From: Planctomycetota bacterium
Lineage (GTDB): Bacteria; Planctomycetota; PLA2; JAEUHO01
Assembly: GCA_965223505.1 (NCBI GenBank)
Contig: CBDCWP010000004.1
Location: 1-64,000, forward strand
DNA: 64,000 bases
Direction: 5' to 3'
Shown: positions 1 to 9,408 of the stretch, piece after piece
Layout: the number at the start of each line of letters is the position of its first letter
How positions within the stretch are numbered: position 1 is the stretch's first letter
Program-made: the position numbers and the translations under genes
Notes under the pieces: generated by a model
The model's input: the letters and a program-made list of their open reading frames with translations, nothing else
Databases searched by the model: none
What the model was told of the DNA's origin: nothing

Positions 1-1852
1 CCTCCTCCGCGTCGCGCGGCTCGGCGCCGGGATCGTGCAGGCGGGCGAGGTCCTGCGCCTTCTCGGAGCGCTTCTGCAGGACCGCCTTGGTGTCGCGCGT
101 CATCAGCTTGGGCAGGTCCTTCATCGTGTACACGGAGCGCACGCGCCCGCGCTTGGCCCACTGCACGATCCGCTTGAGCTGGATCCGGTCGTGGCCCTCG
201 CCCAGTCCGAGCGCGGTCATCGTGACGCCGCGCTTGCCCATGGGTTCGACGACACCCGGCCAGAACGGGTCGTCCCGTCCGGTGTGCGCGCCGTCGGAGA
301 GCAGGATGACGTGCAGGATCGGCGCCGTCTCGCGCGCCATCACGTCGCGCGCGAGGCCGAGCGCCTTCATGATGTTGGTGCCGCCGCCGGGCCGCACCGT
401 CCCCAGCCACAGCAGGATGTCGCCGGCCTCGCTCGCGCTGCGAACGGGGAAGTCCAACCGCGCGTCGTTCGCAAACGTGATGACGCCGACGCGGTCCCAC
501 TTCGACAGGGCGCCCGCGGCGGCGCGCGCACCCTTCAACGCCAGCTTGATCTTCTCGCCGGCCATGCTGCTGCTGCGATCGATCACCAGGAGCAGCGTGA
601 CCGGCAGCGCCTCTTCGGGCTGGCGTTTCGCCTTCAGGCCGGGGCCGTCCTCCGGCTCCGGCTTGTCAAGCGGCTCTTCGGGCACGTCCGGGCCCGGTGC
701 GGGAGGCGGCGGCTCCTCCTCGGCGAGCGGCATGACCGGCAGTGCTGCCTTCAGCGGCGCGTCCTTCAGCGCTTCCCACGCGGCGACGTCGGCGCCGGGC
801 TCGAGCAGGAGGCCCAGACCGTGATGCACCGCTTCGACCAACAGTCGCTGGGTCGCCGGCGGGATGCGCGATACGGACGGCGCGTCGAGCGCGACGAGAT
901 CCGGCGGCGTCCGGCCCGGCGCGAACGCGGCGGCGATCTCCGCGGACGCGACCGCAGCCACGCGCATGCCCTGCTTCGTCAGCGCGTTGCGAAGCGGACT
1001 TCGCTCCGGGTTCGCCAGCACCGCGAGCACGCGCGGTGCCTCGCCCATGCGCAGCAGACGACGCTCGACCGGCGGATCCGCCGCGGCGTCGTCGCTTCCG
1101 TCGGGGGTTCGCAGGACGACCGCGATCTCGTGTCGTCCCGGCGCCGGCGGCTCGCTCACGTGGAACGTGACTTCGGACCGGCCGGGCTCGACGTCCCTGC
1201 GTTCGCGCTGCGCGCCGTCTATGAGCAGCTCGAGCACGCCGCGCCGGCTTGTGTTCACCTCGGCGAGAACGTCGAACGCACCGCGCGCCGTCGTCGGCAC
1301 GTGCAGCGCGGTGATCGCCGCGCGCTCGGGCGGCGGCGGCACCGAGGTCGGCACGGCGATGGCGCCCGTTCGGATGCCGGCGGCGCGCAGGAGCTCGTTC
1401 GCCGCGCGCAGGCCCGTGCCCGGGCCGTGTGCGTTCGTGATCAGCAGCACCGAGCCGGTCTCGTCGCCCCGGAACGCGAGGTGAGCCGCCGCCAGCGCCT
1501 GGGCCGGGGGCGTCGTGTCGCGTCGGGCCGCGACGTTGATGCGCGTTACTTCGATCGCCTGCGCGCGCGCCGCGGCCGCGGCGGCGTTCGCGGCCGCGTC
1601 GGCCTCTTCGACAGCCTGCGGCGTCATCGACGTCGATCCGTCGACGGCCACGACCAACCGGCGCGCCAGCGGCGCCTCCCCGGCGCGGGCGAGCCCGGCG
1701 ACCGCGAGCAGGGCCGCCGTCAGGAGGGCCCAGCGCGTCGTCAGGCGCGCCGCGCGTCGCAGCCTGCTGCCGGGAATGCGGCGCTCGAGCAGCAGGACGC
1801 CGGCCGCCAGCGGTGCGAGCAGCCACAGCCATTCGGGATGGGTCAGGTGCAT
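1..1852 (-). CDS. vWA-domain membrane protein with BatA-like N-terminus; 3' end runs off the window
   Basis: Read manually from ATG at 1852 (MHLTHPEWLWLLAPL...). Two MIDAS-like motifs (VDGSTSM, IDRSSSM), plus GGGTNI and ILLSDG. Not in the ORF track because it is open at the window edge. Confidence 0.8.
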   Translation of the reverse strand, partial: MHLTHPEWLWLLAPLAAGVLLLERRIPGSRLRRAARLTTRWALLTAALLAVAGLARAGEAPLARRLVVAVDGSTSMTPQAVEEADAAANAAAAAARAQAIEVTRINVAARRDTTPPAQALAAAHLAFRGDETGSVLLITNAHGPGTGLRAANELLRAAGIRTGAIAVPTSVPPPPERAAITALHVPTTARGAFDVLAEVNTSRRGVLELLIDGAQRERRDVEPGRSEVTFHVSEPPAPGRHEIAVVLRTPDGSDDAAADPPVERRLLRMGEAPRVLAVLANPERSPLRNALTKQGMRVAAVASAEIAAAFAPGRTPPDLVALDAPSVSRIPPATQRLLVEAVHHGLGLLLEPGADVAAWEALKDAPLKAALPVMPLAEEEPPPPAPGPDVPEEPLDKPEPEDGPGLKAKRQPEEALPVTLLLVIDRSSSMAGEKIKLALKGARAAAGALSKWDRVGVITFANDARLDFPVRSASEAGDILLWLGTVRPGGGTNIMKALGLARDVMARETAPILHVILLSDGAHTGRDDPFWPGVVEPMGKRGVTMTALGLGEGHDRIQLKRIVQWAKRGRVRSVYTMKDLPKLMTRDTKAVLQKRSEKAQDLARLHDPGAEPRDAEE

Positions 1853-1885
1853 CTCAACCCACGTTCGTCCAATGGAAGCCGGCGT

Positions 1886-3177
1886 TCACTCTTGAACGAC
1901 GACGGGATCGACCCAGCTCACCCAATCGCAGGTGCTCGAGTTCTCCCCGAGGCCGATGACGAGCCGCAGCGTCTTCACGCCGGTCGTGTCGATCGGTCCA
2001 ACGGCGACGAGCTGACCGTGGCGCACGTTCTTGCGTTCGAACACCGGCGTCTCGCTGTCGTCCTTGTAGATGCGCACGTCGACGCTGGCATACCGCTCCC
2101 TGCCGTCCGCGTTGCGGACCGCGTCGTCGATGCCGACGCCCGATCGGAAGGACTTGAACTTTCCGTCGAGCTTCAAACTGATCTCGCACATGCCGAACGT
2201 CGCGAAGCCGTAGCGGTACACGTTGTCGTTGATCTGCAGCGGACCGCCATCGGGGTGGCGGTTGGCGCGCAGCGTGTAGAACCGCTCGTACAGCTTGGTG
2301 TACTCCGACTCGTCCGCCGACTCGGGATACGACGGAATGCGCTCGAACGTGTACGCCAGGTCGCTGGCGTACTCGAACCGGCCGCCCTTCATGCGGATCA
2401 CACGGATGCGCGACAGGGGCGCGGTCCACGTCTTCTCCGGCGCGCTGCGAAGCTGGAACGCGATGCCCTCGTCCCCGAGCGTGGGCGTCGTCGCGGTGTG
2501 CAGGCGGCTGCCGTCCACCAGCTCGAGCTCGGTTTGGACACCCTTCGGCGGCTCCGGAGGATCGTTCGCCAGATGCAGCACCCGCAGCTTGTCCCACGGA
2601 ATCTTGCGTTCGCGCTTGCGCGCGCCGCTCCCGGTCTCGATCACGAGGTGGGTCGCATCGGCGTCGACGAGCATGCCGCGATACAGGTCGTCCGACGTGA
2701 GGTGCGCGACGTCGCCGTCGTCTTCCGGGGGTACTTGTCGGCGTCGTCGTGCTTCGGCCCGGCGTCGGCCGGCACCGATTCGATCGTCTGTACCGACTCC
2801 CAGGCGAGGTCGATGCGTCCGACGAACGCGACCTCGAGCTGGAGCCCGACGTCGTTCGGGGCCCGGATCTGGCCGACGAGCACCTCGCCGCCGGTCAGCG
2901 TGACGCGCTGGTAGGCGACGGTGGGGATGCGGATGCCGTTCGGGAACCGGACCTCGCGCAGGCTGTCCAGCGCGAAGTTGGTCGGCTCGCTGTGGCCGTC
3001 CGCCTGAATCTGAAGACCTTCGGCACCGAACCCCGTCAGCCGGCCGGATTGGGGCAGGCTGTCGAGGGAGTACACGCCGACGACCGGGCGCTCGGGCGCC
3101 GCCTCCGAGCGGCCCGCGATTACCGCGACGGCGAGGAGAGCGACCAGGGCGCAGGAGCTTCGAATCGACATTCTCAT
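1886..3177 (-). pseudogene. Secreted protein with C-terminal NPCBM/NEW2-like domain, split by a 1-nt frameshift (probably a sequencing error)
   Basis: The signal-peptide N-half (MRMSIRSSCALVALL..., ORF 2641..3369) and the C-half (frame of ORF 1886..4381; LDGKFKSFRSGVGIDD...DWVSWVDP) join if one base is added to the G5 run at 2727-2731. Confidence 0.7.
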
Positions 3178-3367
3178 GACGCTGATTGTCAAAAGGCATG
3201 GTAGGCCCGTCAACTTGGGAGATGCCGTGCCGGGCCCCCCGCGCGTCCGTTGCGTTCGACGCGGCGGGCCAGTAGTGTGACGACGCTCTACGCCCTTTCG
3301 ATAGGGGGCTGGGGTCGTCGCGTGTCCGGTTCGCGCGGCGTTTCGTGGGGGGTCCAGGCGAGGTTCC

Positions 3368-4198
3368 ATGAGCGGTCACTCCGAGTCGGACTCCCAGTTC
3401 CAGCTCGCCTGGCACGGTCGCACCGTGGTCGGGAAGGTGCGGACCAACAACGAGGACACGCTGGCTGCGGGTCCCGTCGCAGATGAGATCAACGCGGGCG
3501 ACTCCCAGGGCGGCGCCTCGCTTCAGTGGGCGGGGGTTCTGCTTGCGGTCGCCGACGGGATGGGCGGCGCGCTGGCTGGTGAGGTCGCGAGCGGGCTCGC
3601 CGTCACGACGTTGGCGGACGAGCTGCGTACGCGTGCGGGCAACGACGGCGCCGGGTGGTCTGCCGAGGAGCACCGCCAGGCGCTGATTCATGCCGTCGAG
3701 TCGGCGAACCAGAAGATCCGCGGCGAGGGCGAGAACAACCCGCAACACCGCGGCATGGGAACGACGTTGACGGCGGTGTGGCTGCACGGCGGTGTCGCGG
3801 AGATCGCCCAGGTCGGGGACAGTCGCGCCTATCGATTCCGCGGCGGCCACTTGCAGCAGCTCACGAAGGACCAGAGCCTCGTCGGCAAGCTGATCGAAGA
3901 CGGCATCATCACGGAGGAGGAGGCGGAGCGCATCGCCGGCCGCAACATCATCCTCCAGGCGTTGGGCAGCGAAGAGGAACTCGAGGTCGTGCACCAGTGC
4001 GAGCCCCTCGAGCCGAGCGAGCTGTTGATGCTGTGTACGGACGGTCTCTCCGGCGTCGTGAACAATGCGGAGATCGAGGAGGAGCTGCGCAAGGGCGGCT
4101 CGCTCGACGAGCTCATCACGCGGTTGATCGAGCTGGCCGAGGCGCGCGGCGGGCCGGACAACATCACGATCCTGATGGGACGCGTCGAAGAGGACTAG
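3368..4198 (+). CDS. PP2C-family Ser/Thr protein phosphatase (Stp1/PrpC type)
   Basis: Motifs RTNNED, VADGMGG, GMGTT, VGDSRAY, LCTDGL, GGPDNIT. Confidence 0.95.
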   Translation: MSGHSESDSQFQLAWHGRTVVGKVRTNNEDTLAAGPVADEINAGDSQGGASLQWAGVLLAVADGMGGALAGEVASGLAVTTLADELRTRAGNDGAGWSAEEHRQALIHAVESANQKIRGEGENNPQHRGMGTTLTAVWLHGGVAEIAQVGDSRAYRFRGGHLQQLTKDQSLVGKLIEDGIITEEEAERIAGRNIILQALGSEEELEVVHQCEPLEPSELLMLCTDGLSGVVNNAEIEEELRKGGSLDELITRLIELAEARGGPDNITILMGRVEED

Positions 4199-4246
4199 GA
4201 CGACGCGGGAGCGGCGCGGGTCACAGTGTGCTCGGTGTCCACGTAG

Positions 4247-4280
4247 GTGTCGTGCACGTGAACGTGAGCCTGCACGACAC
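4247..4280. repeat. Intergenic inverted repeat GTGTCGTGCA...TGCACGACAC
   Basis: Perfect 10-bp arms. The left arm matches the GGTGTCGTGCACG motif found inside the REP clusters. Confidence 0.55.
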
Positions 4281-4511
4281 GGGAGGAGCTCGTTCGAGCC
4301 ACCGGTCGTCATCGGGGTACGTCCGGCCGAGCCCCTGCTCTCGCGAGCCGCGCCTGCAACAGCCGCTCCGCGGCCGCCCACCCCTTGCTCGCCCCGTAGT
4401 TACCTCCTTTTTGCGAACGCCGCTCCTCCGCGGCCGTATCAACCCCGTAGAGTGGGGGTTCGAGGGATGTCCCGACACGGTTGGAACCCCCACGCCGATC
4501 CCGGGTCTAAC

Positions 4512-5126
4512 GTGACGCAATCGAACAACAGTCCCGCGAAGCGCGATCCGGACCTCGATGCCATCGAGGCCTTCCGGGCCGGTGACCCGGGCGCCTTCGA
4601 CCTCCTCGTGGGCCGGCATCAACAGCGCGTCTACCGCCTGGCCTGCCGGCTCCTCGGGGACGAGGAGGCCGCCCAGGACGCCGCCCAGGAGGCGTTCGTC
4701 AAGGCGTGGAAGGCCCTGGCGCGGTTCAAAGGAGAGGCCCGGTTCACGACGTGGCTCACCCGCATCACCATCAACCAGTGCCGCAACGAGCTCCGCAAGC
4801 GGGGCACCGTCAAGCACACCCGGCCGATGTCGCTCGACGACAACGTCCCGGGCACGGACGTCTCGCGCGCCGAGACCCTGCCGGGCGCCGAGCCGGGTGC
4901 GCTGGAGCGTCTGCGTGGACGGGAGGTCGCCGGCGCATTTCACGCCGTGATGGCCGACCTGGACCCCGAGTCCAGGGAGGTGCTGCTGTTGAAGGACGTC
5001 GAAGAGATGTCCTACGAGGGCATGGCCGAGGTGCTGGACGTGCCGACCGGCACAGTGCGCAGCCGGTTGCACCGCGCGCGCGCCGAAGTGCGCCGGCGCA
5101 TGGCCGCCGTGCTGGGACAGAGTTGA
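4512..5126 (+). CDS. ECF (sigma-70 group 4) RNA polymerase sigma factor
   Basis: Region 2 (AQDAAQEAFVKAW...FTTWLTRI) and region 4 (MSYEGMAEVLDVPTGTVRSRLHRAR). GTG start chosen; start uncertain. Confidence 0.93.
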   Translation: MTQSNNSPAKRDPDLDAIEAFRAGDPGAFDLLVGRHQQRVYRLACRLLGDEEAAQDAAQEAFVKAWKALARFKGEARFTTWLTRITINQCRNELRKRGTVKHTRPMSLDDNVPGTDVSRAETLPGAEPGALERLRGREVAGAFHAVMADLDPESREVLLLKDVEEMSYEGMAEVLDVPTGTVRSRLHRARAEVRRRMAAVLGQS

Positions 5127-5135
5127 AGGACTGAC

Positions 5136-6710
5136 GTGATCGAACGCGACGACGCATTGCTGAACGATCTGCTCGACGGACGGTTGTCCGACGACGAAGC
5201 GGCTGCGTTGCGTGCGCGCCTCGACACCGAGCCCGCGTTGCGCGAGCGCTTCGAGGAGCTGCAGCGCGTGCAGTCGTTCGTTCGCGAGCAGGGGCAAGCG
5301 GCGTTCGCCGACGCCGACGTCCCCGACGGCTTCCTCGAGGGTGTGCACGCTCGCATCGCTCGACACGTGTCCGGGGCCGCGGACCCTACGTCGTCCGGTC
5401 CGGACGCCGCGCCGGCGCCCGCCGCCAAACCGCGGGGACGCCTCCTGCGGTTCATGGCGGTCGGCTACGCCGCCGCAGCCGCCGTCGTCCTGGCGGTCAC
5501 GGTCCATTGGGTCGTTGGACGCCCTGACGTGCAGCGCGGCGTCGAGCTCACCGACGAGAGCGCCGGGCCGCTCGAAGGCGACGGCGTGACGAAGGAAGCC
5601 GCCGACGGGTTCGGCGTCAAGAAGCTCGCGTCGGAAGCGATGGAAAAGAGGGCCTTCGGACGCCTCGAGAAGAAGAAGCCGGGCGAGTTCAGTGCCCAGC
5701 CGCCGGAGTCGTGGGATCCGAACAAGCCGCAGCCGGAAGGCGTACGGTTCCGCGGACCGCACGGCGCCGTGCCCAAGGACCTGCGCGAACCCAGCGACGA
5801 GCCGCCCGCTAGCCGCGTGAAGAACGACGCGGCCGGCGCGCGGAAGAAGGACGGCGAGATGGCGACGGGCAGTCGAACGGCTCCGGGCTCCGCGGTTCCG
5901 CCCAGCGGCGGCGCCGGGGGGATCGGCACGGGCGGCGGCGCCGGCGCGCCGAAGAGCCGCGGCCGCGCCCAGCCCGCATCGTCTCCGACGGCCCCGTCCG
6001 AAGAGCGCGCCGACCCCGATGCGGAGAAACGCACGGGTGCGGGCGAGCGCGTCTACGTGCTCGTCGCGTCCGATGCCGAGACGGCCGGTGCGGAGCTCGA
6101 CGCCCTCCTGTCGCGTGTGCGCGCGGCCGAGCGCAACGCCCGCGCCGGCTCTGCGAAGGACCGCGATCGCGTCGACGGCGCTCCGGCGCCGAGCGCGCCG
6201 GGATCCGGCGGCGGGGGCGTCGCCGACCCGGACGACGCCACGGGGCACGCGGACGCGAAGAAGGAGCCCAAGAGCGGCTTTGCCCAGCGGCCGGCGTCGA
6301 GGTTGTTCCGTCTCGGCCCCGACGAGCTGCCCGAGCTCGCGTCCCTGGTCGCGTCGCTCAATCGCGGCGCCGAGGACAAGTCGAAAGCCCATGCCGAGGA
6401 AGAGGAGGCGGATGCCCCCGAGGAGCCCCTGGGCAAGCGGCGCGCCGACGGCGTCGTGCGCATGGGGCGCGAGGTCACGACGACGCTCACGCAAGACCAG
6501 TGGAAGCGCCTCGAGGCCCTCGTGCAGTCCGACATCACGGTTCGCAACGTGCTCGGCCTGCAACCGCCGCGTCCGCCGGGCCGCCGCGGCGGGGCGCCCG
6601 CCAAGCAGCCTGCCGAGGACCGCGCCGGTTCCGACACGACCGGCAAGCATCGCGAGGAGGGGAGCGACGCCGTGCGCGTACGTCTCAAGATCTTGATCGT
6701 CCCTGAGTAG
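5136..6710 (+). CDS. Putative anti-sigma factor (N-terminal helical domain, one TM segment, long low-complexity C-terminus)
   Basis: Directly after the ECF sigma. LLNDLLDGRLSDDE N-terminus; hydrophobic AVGYAAAAAVVLAVTV segment. Confidence 0.65.
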   Translation: MIERDDALLNDLLDGRLSDDEAAALRARLDTEPALRERFEELQRVQSFVREQGQAAFADADVPDGFLEGVHARIARHVSGAADPTSSGPDAAPAPAAKPRGRLLRFMAVGYAAAAAVVLAVTVHWVVGRPDVQRGVELTDESAGPLEGDGVTKEAADGFGVKKLASEAMEKRAFGRLEKKKPGEFSAQPPESWDPNKPQPEGVRFRGPHGAVPKDLREPSDEPPASRVKNDAAGARKKDGEMATGSRTAPGSAVPPSGGAGGIGTGGGAGAPKSRGRAQPASSPTAPSEERADPDAEKRTGAGERVYVLVASDAETAGAELDALLSRVRAAERNARAGSAKDRDRVDGAPAPSAPGSGGGGVADPDDATGHADAKKEPKSGFAQRPASRLFRLGPDELPELASLVASLNRGAEDKSKAHAEEEEADAPEEPLGKRRADGVVRMGREVTTTLTQDQWKRLEALVQSDITVRNVLGLQPPRPPGRRGGAPAKQPAEDRAGSDTTGKHREEGSDAVRVRLKILIVPE

Positions 6711-6766
6711 ATCGCCCCGAAATCGTCGCCGCGTCGTGGGTCCACATCCCTCGGTACCCTCGGTGC

Positions 6767-7195
6767 GTGACGCTGCGCCTGCTCCTGCCGCTCATTCTGT
6801 TGTGCCTCGCCGGCGGTTTCGCGGGGGGCTTGTGGGGCTGGCGTCATCTGGACCGTCTCGGTGACGCGCGACCGCCGCAGCGGCCGGACGGACTGGAGCG
6901 TGCGTGGAACGCGTGGGATGCGGGCGACGACGCTGCCCTCGCCGGCGCCCTCGACGCGCTCTCGTCGTTCGACGACGAGCGCTGGCGGCGCGAGTCCGAG
7001 CTCCTGCGTTTGTTGGCGGCGCGCGATTGGCGCGAGGTCCGCGCGTTCGCCGACCGGCACGCGCAGGCGCCCGCCGGTGCGCAGGCGTTGCGCGCGTTGA
7101 TCGACCACGCGACGGACGCCGCTGAACGAGCGGCCCTCGAATCGCTGTTCGCGCAACGCTTCCCCGCGTCGTCGTACGCGCCCAAGGAGCCGTGA
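6767..7195 (+). CDS. Hypothetical membrane-anchored protein
   Basis: N-terminal hydrophobic helix; stop overlaps the recG start. Confidence 0.6.
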   Translation: MTLRLLLPLILLCLAGGFAGGLWGWRHLDRLGDARPPQRPDGLERAWNAWDAGDDAALAGALDALSSFDDERWRRESELLRLLAARDWREVRAFADRHAQAPAGAQALRALIDHATDAAERAALESLFAQRFPASSYAPKEP

Positions 7196-9306
7196 TGAAC
7201 GGGCGTGCGACGGACGCGAGCGCAACGCTGCGCGCGGACGACGACGTCGCGCGGTTGCCGGGCGTCACCGCCAACCGACGCGCCGCCTTCGGCCGCATGG
7301 GCGTCGACACGGTCGAAGACCTGCTGCGCCTCGCCCCGCGCCGCCACGAAGACCGCCGGCATCCGACGCCGATCCCAGCGCTGGAGGCCGGCGTGACCAC
7401 CCTCGTCATCGGCGTCGTGGAGCGCTCGCGGTCGTTCCGCACGCGACGCGGCATGACGATCCTCGAAGCGACCGTCGCCGACGACGCGGGCCGCATCGAC
7501 GCGCGCTGGTTCCACCGCGGCTATCTGCCGAAGCCGCTGGCCAGCGGCAAGCGCGTTGCGCTGTGGGGCGCGCCGAAGCAGCGCGGCAAGGCGCTCGAGC
7601 TCGTGTCGCCGGTCCTTGAGCGCCTGCCGGCGGAAGACCGGGAGCCGGCGCCGGGCGCAGGACGGTGGGTGCCGGTGCACCCCGCCACGACGGGGCTGAC
7701 GCCGCCGGTCATCCGCAACGCGGTCTGGCACGCGCTGCCGGCGGCCGACACGGTGGAGGACGTCGTGCCGCCCTCGTTGCTCGAAGCGCACGCCCTGCCG
7801 CCGCTGGGTCCGGCACTGCGCGCGCTGCACTTCCCGGACGATCCGGACGCCGCCGAAGACGCGCGCCGTCGCCTCGCGTTCGACGAGCTGCTGGTGCACG
7901 AGCTGTTGATCTCCCGCCGCCGCCGCGCACACCACGCGCACAAGGCGCTCGCGTGCGCTTTCGACGAGCGCGTACACGAGCGCATCCGCGCCCGGCTGCC
8001 GTTCGCGCTCACGCCCGGTCAGGAGCAGGCCGTCGATCAGATCGTCGCGGACCTGCAACGCGACGTTCCGATGAACCGGCTGCTGCAGGGCGACGTCGGC
8101 AGCGGCAAGACCGCCGTCGCCGCGTACGCGCTGCTCGGCGCGATCGCGGGGGGCATGCAGGCCGCGTTCATGGCGCCGACCGAGGTGCTGGCGCAGCAAC
8201 ACGCGCGCACGTTGGGTCGTCTTCTCGACGGCAGCCGCGTGCGCATGGAGCTGCTGACCGGATCGCGCGCCGCCAAGCAACGCCGCGACGCGGAGCAGCG
8301 GATCGCGGACGGCGAGGTCGACCTCGTGCTGGGCACGCACGCGGTGTTGCGCGCCGATCTCACGTTTCGCCGCCTCGGGTTGGTGGTCGTCGACGAGCAG
8401 CACAAGTTCGGCGTGCAGCAGCGTCGCGACCTCGTCGAGAAGGGCTTTCGAGGCGACGGCGCGTACAAACCGCACTGTCTCGTCATGACGGCGACGCCGA
8501 TCCCGCGCACGCTCGCGATGACCGTGTACGGCGAGCTCGACGTCAGCGTGATCGAGGGCCGCCTGCCCGGACGCGTACCCGTCGAGACCTGGGTGACGAA
8601 GCCCAAGGACGGACGCAAGGTGCTCACGCGCGTGAAGGCCGCGCTCGCGAACGGCAACCAGGCGTACGTGATCTACCCGCTCGTCGAGGAGTCCGACAAG
8701 GTCGCGCTGCGCGACGCCGAGGCCGGTCATGCGCGTTGGACGAAGGCGCTGCCGGACCGCCGCGTGGGACTGCTGCACGGGCGCATGAAGCGCGACGAGA
8801 AGGAAGCCGTCATGCGCGCCTTTCGCCGGGGCGACATCGACGTGCTGGTCTCGACGGTCGTCATCGAGGTGGGGGTGGACGTCGCGAACGCGACGATCCT
8901 CGTCGTCGAGCATGCGGAGCGCTTCGGCTTGTCGCAGCTACACCAGCTGCGCGGTCGCATCGGCCGTGGCACCCACGGCGGCTTGTGCGTGCTCATGGAC
9001 CGCGCGCGCGCCGGGACGCCGGCCCGGCTGGACGTGCTGGCGTCCACGGAAGACGGGTTCGAGATCGCGGAGCAAGACCTCGCGCTGCGCGGTGTAGGGG
9101 ACTTGTTCGGCACGCGCCAGCACGGGCGTCCCGGCTTCCGCGCCGCGAAGCTGCCCAGGGATCTCCCGGTGCTCGTGAAGGCCCGGGACGCGGCGCGCGC
9201 CCTGATGGACGCGGACCCCGAACTGAACGACCCCGGCTGCCGCGGGCTCCGGCGCTGGGTGACGCGAACGGAGCAGGCGCTCGAGGACCCCGCGAAGGGC
9301 GGCTGA
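7192..9306 (+). CDS. recG: ATP-dependent DNA helicase RecG
   Basis: RLLQGDVGSGKT, MAPTEVLAQQH, VDEQHKFG, MTATPIPRTL, QLHQLRGRIGRG. Confidence 0.97.
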   Translation: MMNGRATDASATLRADDDVARLPGVTANRRAAFGRMGVDTVEDLLRLAPRRHEDRRHPTPIPALEAGVTTLVIGVVERSRSFRTRRGMTILEATVADDAGRIDARWFHRGYLPKPLASGKRVALWGAPKQRGKALELVSPVLERLPAEDREPAPGAGRWVPVHPATTGLTPPVIRNAVWHALPAADTVEDVVPPSLLEAHALPPLGPALRALHFPDDPDAAEDARRRLAFDELLVHELLISRRRRAHHAHKALACAFDERVHERIRARLPFALTPGQEQAVDQIVADLQRDVPMNRLLQGDVGSGKTAVAAYALLGAIAGGMQAAFMAPTEVLAQQHARTLGRLLDGSRVRMELLTGSRAAKQRRDAEQRIADGEVDLVLGTHAVLRADLTFRRLGLVVVDEQHKFGVQQRRDLVEKGFRGDGAYKPHCLVMTATPIPRTLAMTVYGELDVSVIEGRLPGRVPVETWVTKPKDGRKVLTRVKAALANGNQAYVIYPLVEESDKVALRDAEAGHARWTKALPDRRVGLLHGRMKRDEKEAVMRAFRRGDIDVLVSTVVIEVGVDVANATILVVEHAERFGLSQLHQLRGRIGRGTHGGLCVLMDRARAGTPARLDVLASTEDGFEIAEQDLALRGVGDLFGTRQHGRPGFRAAKLPRDLPVLVKARDAARALMDADPELNDPGCRGLRRWVTRTEQALEDPAKGG

Positions 9307-9408
9307 CGCCGGATCGAGACTGTTTTTCGATCCGTCGAGCGCACCCCTCCAATGACTGCAGGATGACCTGTCCGGGGCAATCTCAGGCGTTCGAAGGACG
9401 GAACTCCC

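Noticed and set aside
35..2914. Very long ORFs antisense or out of frame to real genes (e.g. 35..2914, 18786..21998, 29662..32403, 34977..38252, 41760..44738)
   Set aside because: They are shadow ORFs caused by high GC and codon bias; each overlaps a gene with clear family motifs.
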